A stretch of 63,727 nt of DNA, counting the filler, from Welwitschia mirabilis (taxonomy: Eukaryota): NCBI GenBank assembly GCA_051453625.1. It is 5 parts of one record of this genome, joined end to end, with 100 filler letters (N's around TTAATTAATTAA, not from the genome) between each part and the next. Parts side by side here need not be neighbours in the genome. Positions count along the whole stretch, not along the records: positions 16,905 to 31,487 come from JBOZIK010000001.1; positions 31,588 to 48,130 come from JBOZIK010000001.1; 3 more parts are not named here. One strand, given 5' to 3'. Numbering within the stretch: position 1 is the stretch's first letter; each line of letters opens with the position of its first letter. This document shows positions 25,528 to 37,029 of this stretch, in pieces. Made by a program: the position numbers and the translations under genes. The notes beneath the pieces are model-generated. The model saw only the letters and a list, made by a program, of their open reading frames with translations. It searched no databases and was not told where the DNA came from.

Positions 25528-27062
25528 TGTTAGATTATGTTTTTCTAATTGATATTAAACTAATCTTTTCTATATAGAAAATTTTATGTATCATGTTCAG
25601 AAGATGTTAATCACTTATAGGTCTAAAGATGAAATAAAAACCATCAAATTCTAAGCACTAGAAATATGTCAAGTTCATTTACTGTCTTCAGGGGTTGACC
25701 AAACTTTCAAGGGGTTAACTACACCTGAAGCAGACAGACAAAATGAACTAAATTTAGAGGGGTTGATTGGATTTCTGATAGAGTCGACCATACCTGTAAC
25801 CTCAAGAACTAGTATCCCTAAATTGAATGGAAAGGGTTTGACCAGAAATTTATGGGGTTAATTGTATTTGAGGACCTAATAAACAGTATCCCTAGACTGA
25901 ATGACAAGCAGTCAACTAGATCTATGATGGGGTCGATCGGAACTATAAACCAAGGAATAGTACTTCTAAACTTATTATCAAGGAGTCTACTAGATCTATG
26001 ATGGAATAGATCAGGCTTGAGCACTATGTAGCTGATATTCTTAAGCTGATCATTATGGGGTCAACTAGACACCTAAAGGGGTCGACCAGACCTAATGCTG
26101 AAAATTAAAAGGACCTTTATCAAGAAAAGCAGGTGACCAAACTAGGATTAATTTGACCAAGATAAGGTCAATTTCATATGAATCTATAATAAATTTAGGT
26201 AACCAAGATATTTACTTAGGCAACATTTATAAGTCACGACACCAGATGGGATCAACTGAACTTTTGAGGGGTCGACCAGACGAAATAGAACTAAAATTTT
26301 CTATCCATTTTGTATCTATTATGTATCCATTAGATATTCATTTTCTAGCTATTTATAACTGTTGAAAATGCATTTTCAAATGTAATAAACCCTAATACCC
26401 TTTCAATATAAATAGTGAAGAGATAGATGACAAAAGAATCCTTTAGAAACCTTTTTAATGGTGTTAATCTTTTGGATCTAAGAAACTAGCACTATAATAT
26501 TGTGATATTCAATATTGATTCTTGGCATTTGTACTCTTGGTCAAGGAAGCTTTATTGTCTATATTCTCTCTACATTCAAGATCAGATCTAGTGATTCATC
26601 TATTATACATCTATAGGAGAAAAGCTCCATCAAATACACTAAATCAAGAATAAGTCATATTTATGCATCAAGGCATTCTTACCATCACTGCTACATCCTA
26701 TGAAGGTTGAGAATGAGCCTACAAAAATCCATATGTAAAGGTTACAAGTGAACTTACAGTACCTAAAAGAGTTAAAAAAGATCTAGATCAAGCTTAAGGA
26801 TAAGTTGCTCATTAAGAGTAGAGTAGGGGGTTGCCCGAACCACTATAAAAACTTGTGTATACATCTTTTTGGTATTTTGTGCTTTCAATTAGTTTTTCTC
26901 TTTACTTCTGTTAGCTTATCTTTTTATTCATGTTTTAAACTAGTGAATTACTTTGTACAAGTTTTTTTAATATATCATTGGTTTGTTTAGAATGTTTACT
27001 TTTAATTTCTGAAAGGAACCTATTCAACCCCCCCTTTCCCCCCAGGGTTCTCAATCCTTTCA
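25528..27062 (+). repeat. 5' LTR (~1.53 kb)
   Basis: TGTTAGATTATG...CTTTCA. Array of GGGGTCGACCAGAC-like motifs. TATAAATA at about 26407. Confidence 0.9.
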
Positions 27063-27159
27063 ATTGATATCAAAGCGATGTTAAGTATTTTCTTATATTT
27101 TAACTAATTTAGACTTTAGAACCTTGTAATAAGTATTTCCTTTAATGAATTTTCAAATA

Positions 27160-30100
27160 TTCCCTTCTTGGACAGTTGTACTTAAATTTTTATATTTTGG
27201 ATAGTGTGTGGATATATTTTCAATTAGTTTGCAATCAATGAAAATACACAAGAGTCAAGTGAAAGTGATAAAAGAATAGCTCAAAAATCTGACAAAAAAA
27301 GGAGATGTTTCTTTATGGCATTTGTGCCTCCTTTACAAAATGTTCCCAATACATTAGAACATAATGACCTTGATGAAGAACAAGATGAGCTAGAAGACAC
27401 CTATTAATAACTATATCAAGAATGTGAAAAACTGTCTAAAAGGATAAACCATCTGAATAAGATTGTAAAATATCTCACCAAGGAAAAGGAGGAAATAAAA
27501 TCAAGTTTAAAAAGAATTAAATTAGAAAACTTCAACCTCACTCTACAAGTAAACGAGTTATATCATTTTGTTAATAAATCCTTTAGTGGATCTACCAAAT
27601 TAGAACAGATGCTTGGAGTTTAGAAATCTATTAGTAAAAAGTCAGGCATTTGGTTCATCTCTCAAAAACCTCAAAGGAAGTAAAATAAGATAACTTGTAA
27701 TGGTAAGTTCTTCTCAAAAGTTACTTGTCATTTCTATGGAAAAATTAATCATTTAAAACTCTTATGCAATGCTAGAAAGTTAATGTTATTTTCAAACTTA
27801 GTTAGTACCCTTTCTTTTAAATTTATTCTTAAAGAAAATGTATTATGTAAGTTTAATAAAACTATATGGGTGAAAGCTAATGATTTTAAAATTCTTTTAA
27901 TTCAAATAGCTTTCAAGGTTTCAAATAGCATGCGCTAGTATCTAGATAGTGGGTGTTTAAGGCATACAATAGGAGATAAATCCAGATTCAAAAAACTAAC
28001 CAAATTTAATGANNNNNNNNNNNNNNNNNNNNNNNNNNNNNNNNNNNNNNNNNNNNNNNNNNNNNNNNNNNNNNNNNNNNNNTTCCTAGAATTAATGAAG
28101 TTTTATATGTAAATGGTTTAAAGCATAATTTATTGAGCATCAGAGAAATTTCTAAAAAAGGTTACAAGGTAGTCTTTGATAAATCAAAATGTAAAATTTT
28201 ACATGAGAAATCTATTGATGTAATTCTTAGAGCAAGTAGAATAGACAACATATATAGCATAGATCAATAGTTTTTTCCATGTTATTTTTGAAACATTCCT
28301 TAATAAGAGCTTTTGCATAAATGATTAGATCATATTAATTATGATTATTTGAAAATAATTATTCATAAAAACATCATGAAACATATTTCTAAGATAAATT
28401 GGAAAAAATAAGGCTTATGTGATGCATGCCAAAAGGGAAAAAAAATTAGAACTTCACATAAAAGAAAAAATCAAACACCCACATCTATGCCATTAGAGCT
28501 TATTCTTATGAATCTAGTAGGCCTCAATCAAATTTGAAGTCTAGGTGGAAAAAACTATTTTCTCATTATGGCCAATGATTTCTCTAGATATACTTGGATA
28601 GACTTCTTTTCTACACCATAAAGAAAATAAGAAGCGATCATCGTGGTGAATTTGAGAATCATTTTTTTGAGAAATATTACATTGAAAATAGAATTGATCA
28701 TCAATTTTTAGCTACAAAAATGCCAAAACAAAATGGCATAGTTAAAAAAAAAAAGAATAGAATCCTCCAAGAAATTGTATGAACTATGCTAAATGATTAG
28801 GAGATCCACAAACCTTTTTAGGCTAAGGAAGTTAGTAAAGCATTCCACATTATTAACATAGTATATCTTAGACTTGGTACAAATAAAATGCCATATGAGT
28901 TATAAAAAGGAAGACAACCTAATGTGTCATATTTTAAGGCTTTTGGAAGTAAATGCTATGTGATAAAAGATAGAGAACATTTAAGCAAATTCGAGTCTAA
29001 AGAAAATAAGTTTACCTTCTTGAGTTATTCAACTAGAAGTAAAGCCTATCATGTTTTTAATAAGAGAAGTTTAATGATAGAAGAGTCAATAAACATGCAA
29101 ATTGATGAGATTGACATAATACCAAACTGCACAGATGAAGAGGAAGTCATAACTACAAGTTTCCCCATAACCAATGAAGCTTTTATTGAAAGTAATANNN
29201 NNNNNNNNNNNNNNNNNNNNNNNNNNNNNNNNNNNNNNNNNNNNNNNNNNNNNNNNNNNNNNNNNNNNNNNNNNNNNNNNNNNNNNNNNNNNNNNNNNNN
29301 NNNNNNNNNNNNNNNNNNNNNNNNNNNNNNNNNNNNNNNNNNNNNNNNNNNNNNNNNNNNNNNNNNNNNNNNNNNNNNNNNNNNNNNNNNNNNNNNNNNN
29401 NNNNNNNNNNNNNNNNNNNNNNNNNNNNNNNNNNNNNNNNNNNNNNNNNNNNNNNNNNNNNNNNNNNNNNNNNNNNNNNNNNNNNNNNNNNNNNNNNNNN
29501 NNNNNNNNNNNNNNNNNNNNNNNNNNNNNNNNNNNNNNNNNNNNNNNNNNNNNNNNNNNNNNNNNNNNNNNNNNNNNNNNNNNNNNNNNNNNNNNNNNNN
29601 NNNNNNNNNNNNNNNNNNNNNNNNNNNNNNNNNNNNNNNNNNNNNNNNNNNNNNNNNNNNNNNNNNNNNNNNNNNNNNNNNNNNNNNNNNNNNNNNNNNN
29701 NNNNNNNNNNNNNNNNNNNNNNNNNNNNNNNNNNNNNNNNNNNNNNNNNNNNNNNNNNNNNNNNNNNNNNNNNNNNNNNNNNNNNNNNNNNNNNNNNNNN
29801 NNNNNNNNNNNNNNNNNNNNNNNNNNNNNNNNNNNNNNNNNNNNNNNNNNNNNNNNNNNNNNNNNNNNNNNNNNNNNNNNNNNNNNNNNNNNNNNNCCCT
29901 TAGAATCTATTATTAGAGAATTTAACTCAAAAATAAAGATAAGAGGATCTATGAAAAATTTGTATGCTCATGTTTGTTATGTTTTAAAGATAAAACTCAA
30001 GAAATTTGAAGAAGTAGAAATTAATGAGAAATGGATGATAACAATGCAAGATGAGTTACAACAATTTCAAAAAAATGATGTTTGGAAGCTAGTAGAGAGA

Positions 30101-31610
30101 CCAAAAGACAAAAATTTCATTAGAACTAAGTGTATTTTTAAAAACAAATGTGATGAAAAAAATAATTTCATTAAAAACAAGGAAAGATTATTAGCACAAG
30201 GCGATAATCAAATAGAAGGCATTGATGTAGGTGATATTTTTGCTCCTATTGCAAGACTAGATAGCATTAGAATGTTTTTGTAGTTTTCAGCCTTAAAAAA
30301 TTTCAAAGTTTACTAAATAAACATAAAGAGTTCCTTTCTANNNNNNNNNNNNNNNNNNNNNNNNNNNNNNNNNNNNNNNNNNNNNNNNNNNNNNNNNNNN
30401 NNNNNNNNNNNNNNNNNNNNNNNNNNNNNNNNNNNNNNNNCATTAGAATGTTTTTGTAGTTTTCAGCCTTAAAAAATTTCAAAGTTTACTAAATAAACAT
30501 AAAGAGTTCCTTTCTAAATGGTACCCTAATTGAAGAAGTCTATGTAAAACAACAACAAGATTTTACTGATCCTCATAAAACTGATCATGTGTATAGACTT
30601 AAGAAAGCTTTGTATGAATTGAAACAAGCTCTAAGAGCTTGATATGAGAATCTAGTCACCTTTTTAAATGAAAATGGATATATTTAGGGAACTATAGACA
30701 AAACCTTATTTGTAAAGAACTTAAAAAATGATTTCATTATTATATAGATTTATGTAGATGATATTATCTTTGGTGCTGCAAATAAAAAACTATTAAAAGA
30801 ATTTGCAAATATTATGATAAATCAATTTGAAATAAGTATGCTTAATGAAGTAAAAATGTTTCTTGTACTTTAGATGAAGCAATCTAAAAATTTGCAAAAA
30901 CAATTGACACTCTTATATCTACATCATGTAAAGTAAGTTTGAATAAAAATGGCAAAGTAGTGGATCAAAAATTTACAAAAGTATGATTGGTAGTTTATTA
31001 TATTTGACTGCAAGTAGACCAGATATTATGTTTAGTATTAGAGTTTATGTAAGGTATCAATCCTAACAAAAAAAATCACATCTACAAGTAGTAATAAGAA
31101 TAATCAGGTATGTGAAAGGCACATGTGAGGATGACTTATTGTNNNNNNNNNNNNNNNNNNNNNNNNNNNNNNNNNNNNNNNNNNNNNNNNNNNNNNNNNN
31201 NNNNNNNNNNNNNNNNNNNNNNNNNNNNNNNNNNNNNNNNNNATCACATCTACAAGTAGTAATAAGAATAATTAGGTATGTGAAAGGCACATGTGAGGAT
31301 GACTTATTGTATCCCATGGAGACCTCTTTCGAACTTGTAGGTTTTAGTGATGTGGATTGGGCTAGTTGAAAAGATTATAGAAAGAGTACAAGTGGAAATT
31401 ACTTCTATTAGATTCATGTTTAGTAGGATGAAAAAGTAAGAAATAAAACCCATTTATCTCTCTACTGTAGAGGTGGAATATATTGCANNNNNNNNNNNNN
31501 NNNNNNNNNNNNNNNNNNNNNNNNNNNNNNNTTAATTAATTAANNNNNNNNNNNNNNNNNNNNNNNNNNNNNNNNNNNNNNNNNNNNTTAGAAATGAACT
31601 AGGGGTTATT
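27160..31610 (+). pseudogene. Copia gag-pol pseudogene (short gag, PR, INT, RT, RNase H)
   Basis: Knuckle CHFYGKINHLKLLC at about 27726. Protease *YLDSGCLRHTIG at about 27937. Integrase IRSDHRGEFEN and PKQNGIV. RT YVDDIIFG at about 30752. RNase H LVGFSDVDWAS. Confidence 0.93.
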
Positions 31611-32426
31611 TCACCATTCTATGGCTGATTGTAAGATGGTCAAATGCATCTTTGATTTGGTTGATTGGATGTGATCGGTCAACTAGATTAAATATTCGGT
31701 CACCCGAACCCTCTTAGTTTTGTGGGTGTTTCAACGAAAGCTGATAGTGCAGAATGGAAGTTTTCTTTTATATGATTTACTTTCATCTTTTCATTCTATT
31801 TATATATTTATGTTTACTTATAAACTTTTATTCTATCCTTTTTCATTGATTTTAAAAGGGGGAGAATTAGTTATTTTTTGTTGGATGTTTTCTTATGATT
31901 TCCAATGTAGCATGCTATTGATAAGTACTTTTATTTTATTTTGTAATAATTTCTTATGTTTAATGGAATTTACATGTACTTCACTTTTATGCTCTAAATT
32001 TTTTTCAATTAGTATCTTAAATATTTTTGTACTTATGCAAATAATATGTGCTTAACATGTTTTTCTATTGGTATCATATGTTCTTAGCTTAAAATTTTAA
32101 AGTCTTAAATGGTTATTTCATAAATTTAAGTGTTGATGTCTAATATTAAAAATGAATTCTAAAATGTGACAAATGATCAAAATGTTAAATGGTTTATATG
32201 ATCACATAGTGCTTTTTATAAAGTTCATCCTTTTAACCCTTCAATTGTGCATATTAAAATTGTTATATCTCAAGCACAAAATTTGCTTATTTAAAATGTC
32301 TTATCTTGGTTTCAAAAGGTGTAATATTTTGTAAAATAATAATAGGCATTTTGTGAGGGGAGTTTTTCTAAGTTCTAAATATTTTTACAACTAAATATTA
32401 TTTTCTATCAATGTCAAAGGGGAGAT

Positions 32427-33964
32427 TATTAGATTATGTTTTTCCAAGTGATGTAAAACTAATGTTTTTTGTATAGTAAATTTTATGTATCATGTGCAAA
32501 AGATGTTAATAACTTGCAGGTCTAAAGATAAAATGAAAATTATTAAATTCTGAGTACTATCCTATCAAGTTTATTTACCCTCTTAAGGGTTTAATTAGAA
32601 TTTCAAGGAGTCAACCGTGCCTAAAGCAGATAGACAAAATGAAATGAATTCAGAGGGGTTGACTAGATTTCTGATGGGGTTGACCACATCTATAATCTTA
32701 AGAACCAATGTCCCTAAACTAAATGGCAAGAAGTAAACCAGACATTTATGAAGTTGACTAGATTTAAGGACTTGATAAACAGTATCCCTAGACTAAATAA
32801 CAAGGAGTCGACTGGATATGATGGGGTCAATTAAATCTGTGAACCAAGAAATAATACTCCTAAACCAATTGTCAAGGGGTTAACCAGACTTATGATGGAG
32901 TTAACCAGACCTAAGTAGTATGTAGCTTATACTCCTAAGCTAATCATCATAGGGTCGATCAGACACCTGAAGGGATTGACCGGATCTAATGTTGAAAATT
33001 GGAAGGATCTTTATCAGGACAAGTGAGTAACCGAATTTTATAGTGGGTGACCAGACTGGGGTTGACTAGAACTACATGGAATTTATCAGACATAAAGCTA
33101 TAATAAATTAGGGCAATTTAAATTTTCACTTGGGTGATCTGTGTAAGTCAGAGTACTAGATGGGATCAACTAGACTTTTAAGGGGTCGATTGGACGGAAT
33201 AGAACTAAAATTTTCTATTCATTTTGTATCCATTATGTATCTGTTAGATAGTCATTTCTAGCCATTTATAGCCTTTGGAAGTGCATTTTCAAATGTAATA
33301 AACCTTAAAATCCTTTTAATATAAATAACTAAGAGATAGATAATAAAATAAACCTTTGGAACCTTTTTCAATGATGTTAATATTCTGGATCTAAGGAACT
33401 AGCATTATAATCTTGTGATATTCAGTGTTGATTCTTGGCATTTATACTCCAGATTAAGGAAGATTTATTATTTGTATTATCTCTACATTCAAGATCAAAT
33501 CTAGTGCTTCATATATTATACATCTCTAGGAGTACAGCTCCATTAAATACACTAAATCAAGAACAAGTGATATTTGTGCATCAAAGCATTCTTACCATTA
33601 CTATTACATCCTTTGAAGGTTGAGATTGAGCCTGTAAAAGTTCATTTGTAAATGTTATAAGTGAATTTGCAATACTTGAAAGAGTTAACAAAAGTATGAA
33701 TCAAGCTTTGGGATAAGCTAATTGTCAAGAGTGAAGTAGGGAGTTGCTTGAACCACTGTAAAAACCTGTGTGCATATCTTTTTGGTATTTTGTACTTTCA
33801 ACTAGTTTTTTTCTTCACTTCTGTTAGCTTGTCTTTTCATGCATATTTTAAACTAGTGAATTAATTTATGATTTTTTTATATATCATTATTTTATTTATA
33901 ATTATTAGTTTTAATTTTTAAAAAGAACCTATTCACCCCTTGTCTAGGATTCTTAATTCTTTCA
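32427..33964 (+). repeat. 3' LTR (~1.54 kb)
   Basis: Follows the PPT AAAGGGGAGAT. Starts TATTAGATTATG (TG decayed to TA), is colinear with the 5' LTR and ends CTTTCA. Confidence 0.9.
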
Positions 33965-35273
33965 GCCATTACATGAAAAATCTATAAGTTTTTTGGTTTC
34001 CTTGTTCAACTCACTATAAAAACAATGTATTGATTATTCTTTAGAGAATTTATTAATAGGATTAGAATGAGTTTCTATAATAAATTATTCATATGTTGTG
34101 GCATAATCTTCATTAGGTTATTGTTGCAAATTTATGACTTTTTTTTTTCTTTTTTTCATTTTGCTCTTACTCATGAATCTTTTGATAAAAGCTTCTTGTA
34201 CTTGACTCTAGGTTTTAAGGATTTTATGAGGTATGATTTTAAGCCATAGTTTTACTCTCTCTCTAAGTGTAATAAGAAAAATAATCATATAAGTTCTATC
34301 AATAATTTATTTTTTACCATTTAAAATAAGGACTAATTATTCTATGTTAGTGAGATGTTGAAAAGGATCTTTATTAGGATGTCCTGAAGACATTGGATTA
34401 GCATTTAAATTTTTTAGTTCTACATCATCACCAAGAGTTAAGTCAAAAGGGTTTTAGATTTTACATTTTCTATGGGATATTAAATCTCTAAGTTTGACAT
34501 TTACATTAGATGTATTTTCATTAGGAATTCTTATCATGCTTGGGCTATTGGATGACACTACTTAATTTTGCTTTTACATTGTATTCAAAATAAATAAAAA
34601 AATGATTCACTTGTATACTATTACTTTCTTTTGAAAAATTAGATTCTAAAATAATGAAGGATAAAAAAATTTTATTTAATCCTTTACAACTTGAGGTGTG
34701 CATATTGAGTTAAGCTTGAAGCTAACTAAACCATCTTTGATATTTTTCTCGATCAGTCTTTGCTCCTTCTGATACTTCATCTTTTTACTTGAGTGTACCA
34801 TGTCTCTATAGGCTCAATGATGTTTTTGTAGTTCATCTCTATCATTGTCTAAACAATTACCTAGAAGACTAATACATAGAAAACAAAATACAAAAAACCA
34901 AAAACAAAGAAAAATATAAATAGAATTGAAGTAAAAACTAACAGTCATTTACCTATGTTGTCTAGATGATAGAAAAGATGATAGTAATTTATTCTATAAT
35001 GGAAAACCAAAAACAAAAATTGCAAAAAACTCAAAAAAATCCTAATCCTAGGTTGTTCTTCACCTTATCATCTGAACAATAGATAGGATAAATGGCTTTA
35101 AGAATGTGAATGAAAAATGAAAAATGCAAAAAACATGATTTTAAAAACTACAATATTCATAATAAAAAAATAATGATAATAGAAACAAATACCAGAATTA
35201 AAATCTAAAGCACTTATCCAAGTCATGACAATTCTCAAACTTTTTGCGACCTTTCCTAAGAATGACATTGACA

Positions 35274-36494
35274 TGTTGTGGTGCATATTTATGTAAATAT
35301 TACATCCTTTATCAAATCCTATCAATCATAAATATATGCACAAATACAACACACTAATCTAGATAGGAGTGAATCTAAATGTTGTAATTTTTTAAAGGCA
35401 CTAAATAAGAAGAAATAGAATTTCTTTTCATGATAAAAATGAAATTCAATAATGAAAGAAAAGTAAACATAGTATGCAAATATAAAGTGCAAACTACTCT
35501 AAATGTAATATCTATCCGACTATCAAATCTTTGTCAGTAATCTAAACCCTCTATAACCTAAATCAATTAAGAAAACTATCACTAATCTTAACTAATCTAA
35601 GCTATTAAGTACATTAAATAGAATATGAAAACATGAAATTATTTAATGTATGAAATGTAACATGCAATGCAAGTTCCTAAACTAATAATTTCAACCTTAA
35701 CAAAGGTTACTCTTGATGACCTATATGATAAGTAAACTATTAAGAGATCATAAGAAACATAAATAATAAGGAATATGCACATGAATCTAAAGCCTAAATA
35801 AAAATTTTGATTAAATGTTGAATCAATATTCTATTACAAAGTAGTAGCACCTCAATGAAGGAGATACAACCCAACACTAAGGAAGACTCCTCTTTACAAC
35901 TAATAGATAAATCTCTAGCTCTTTAATATTCTATCAAAAGAATTCTGGTGTAACAAATATGATTAAGGTCAACGATAAAAGTGATATTTATTGATAATAA
36001 TAGAATAAAAAATAGATAATCCTATTAGACACATGAGGAACCCTAACGATGCAAAAAAAGTGCATGACACATTACACAACTTTAATGAAGTTTGGTACAT
36101 TGGCTAAAATTGGATTATTATCTTGATTATCATCTAGATAATGGTGGGGATAATGTCATATCAATAGAGTTCTATATTTAGCCTTAATGTTAGTCTAGTC
36201 AGAATCCTACTCAATAAGGGATATCATCTTAGTTTATCATCCAGATGATGAAGGGGATGAAAACCTTCTTAAAGCTCTTTATCAAGTTAAATTCACTTGG
36301 AAGCTCATTAATTCTTCCTCAAAATGTAAAGTATCAAAGTTAGTCTAAAATGCCTTGAAATGTATTAGTATATGTGCATTTTCATGATTTTCTCTTTGAC
36401 TCTTAATAATCATCATTTTGTGCTTAAACTTGTTAATGCCTTATAAAACTACTAAAAATACCCTACTAAAAATATATAATTTGGCATCACAACA
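35274..36494 (-). repeat. 5' LTR (~1.22 kb) of the older Athila-like element
   Basis: Inverted termini TGTTGTG...CACAACA. 35490-36494 is homologous to 10997-12005 and 17056-18057. Confidence 0.88.
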
Positions 36495-37029
36495 TTATTA
36501 CTTATTTGTGGCTTTTAGATATCATTATTAATTACTATTTAAGTTTTTCTTCAAAGTAGTTTAATAATAATAATTATTCTTTGTTAATTTTTTGTTAGTG
36601 ACTATAATAAGTATTAAAATGAAGTTTTAATATATTTTCCTTTATTGGTTAAATGACTAGCTATTTCTACATAATATAGTATTAATATTAGCTTTAGCAT
36701 TTACATATATGATTTTTTTGCATAGTGTAATAATATTATGACTTTTGGTATTTAATATTTTTCTAGTATCTAATAATAAAAAAATAAAAATATAATTAGA
36801 GAAATGGTATTGAAAATCAAGAAAAAAGTAATATGTAAATATAAAACCCCATGTAGTGGAGATGATTGCTCAATAATTAGTATCTTTATTAATGAATCAA
36901 ATTAGTAATTAATTGGGAATTAATAACTAATCAAGATTAATTAAGTAATTTTACTATATGTAGTTGAGAAAGATACTATTTGGATAACTAATCACCAAAG
37001 ATTTTATAAGAATAAATAATCACTAGAGT

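Larger units (their letters stand above)
25528..33964 (+). mobile_element. Structurally complete, degenerate Ty1/copia Sirevirus-like element nested in Athila-like gag
   Basis: Paired LTRs 25528-27062 and 32427-33964. PBS TGATATCAAAGC at 27065-27076. Multiple PPTs at about 31855, 32356 and 32416. TATTCA(A/C)CCC motif near both LTR ends. Degenerate TSD ATCAT/GCCAT. Confidence 0.92.
17056..36494 (-). mobile_element. Older Athila-like gypsy element hosting nested insertions
   Basis: 5' LTR 36494-35274. Decayed PBS AATGTCATT (cf. GGCGCCGTT). gag GHPNKDPFQHL...LRERVKLWLKIIP...AFIKRF at about 34170-34400. Protease at about 23600-24010. PPT at 18061-18072 and partial 3' LTR 18057-17056. Confidence 0.8.

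Noticed and set aside
25685..26285. CRISPR-like repeat array
   Set aside because: The motifs are short, degenerate and irregularly spaced, sit inside a eukaryotic LTR and are duplicated in the partner LTR. No cas genes are present.
30265..31311. Short direct repeats flanking gaps (30265-30340/30441-30516, 31075-31142/31243-31311; also 62038-62066/62166-62192)
   Set aside because: Near-identical sequence on both sides of 100-N gaps indicates unmerged contig overlaps.
36835..36860. TSD for the LINE (TAAAACCCCATGTAGT vs TAAAATCCATATAAT at about 45684)
   Set aside because: It needs several mismatches and an indel in AT-rich DNA, which is too weak to fix the 5' boundary.
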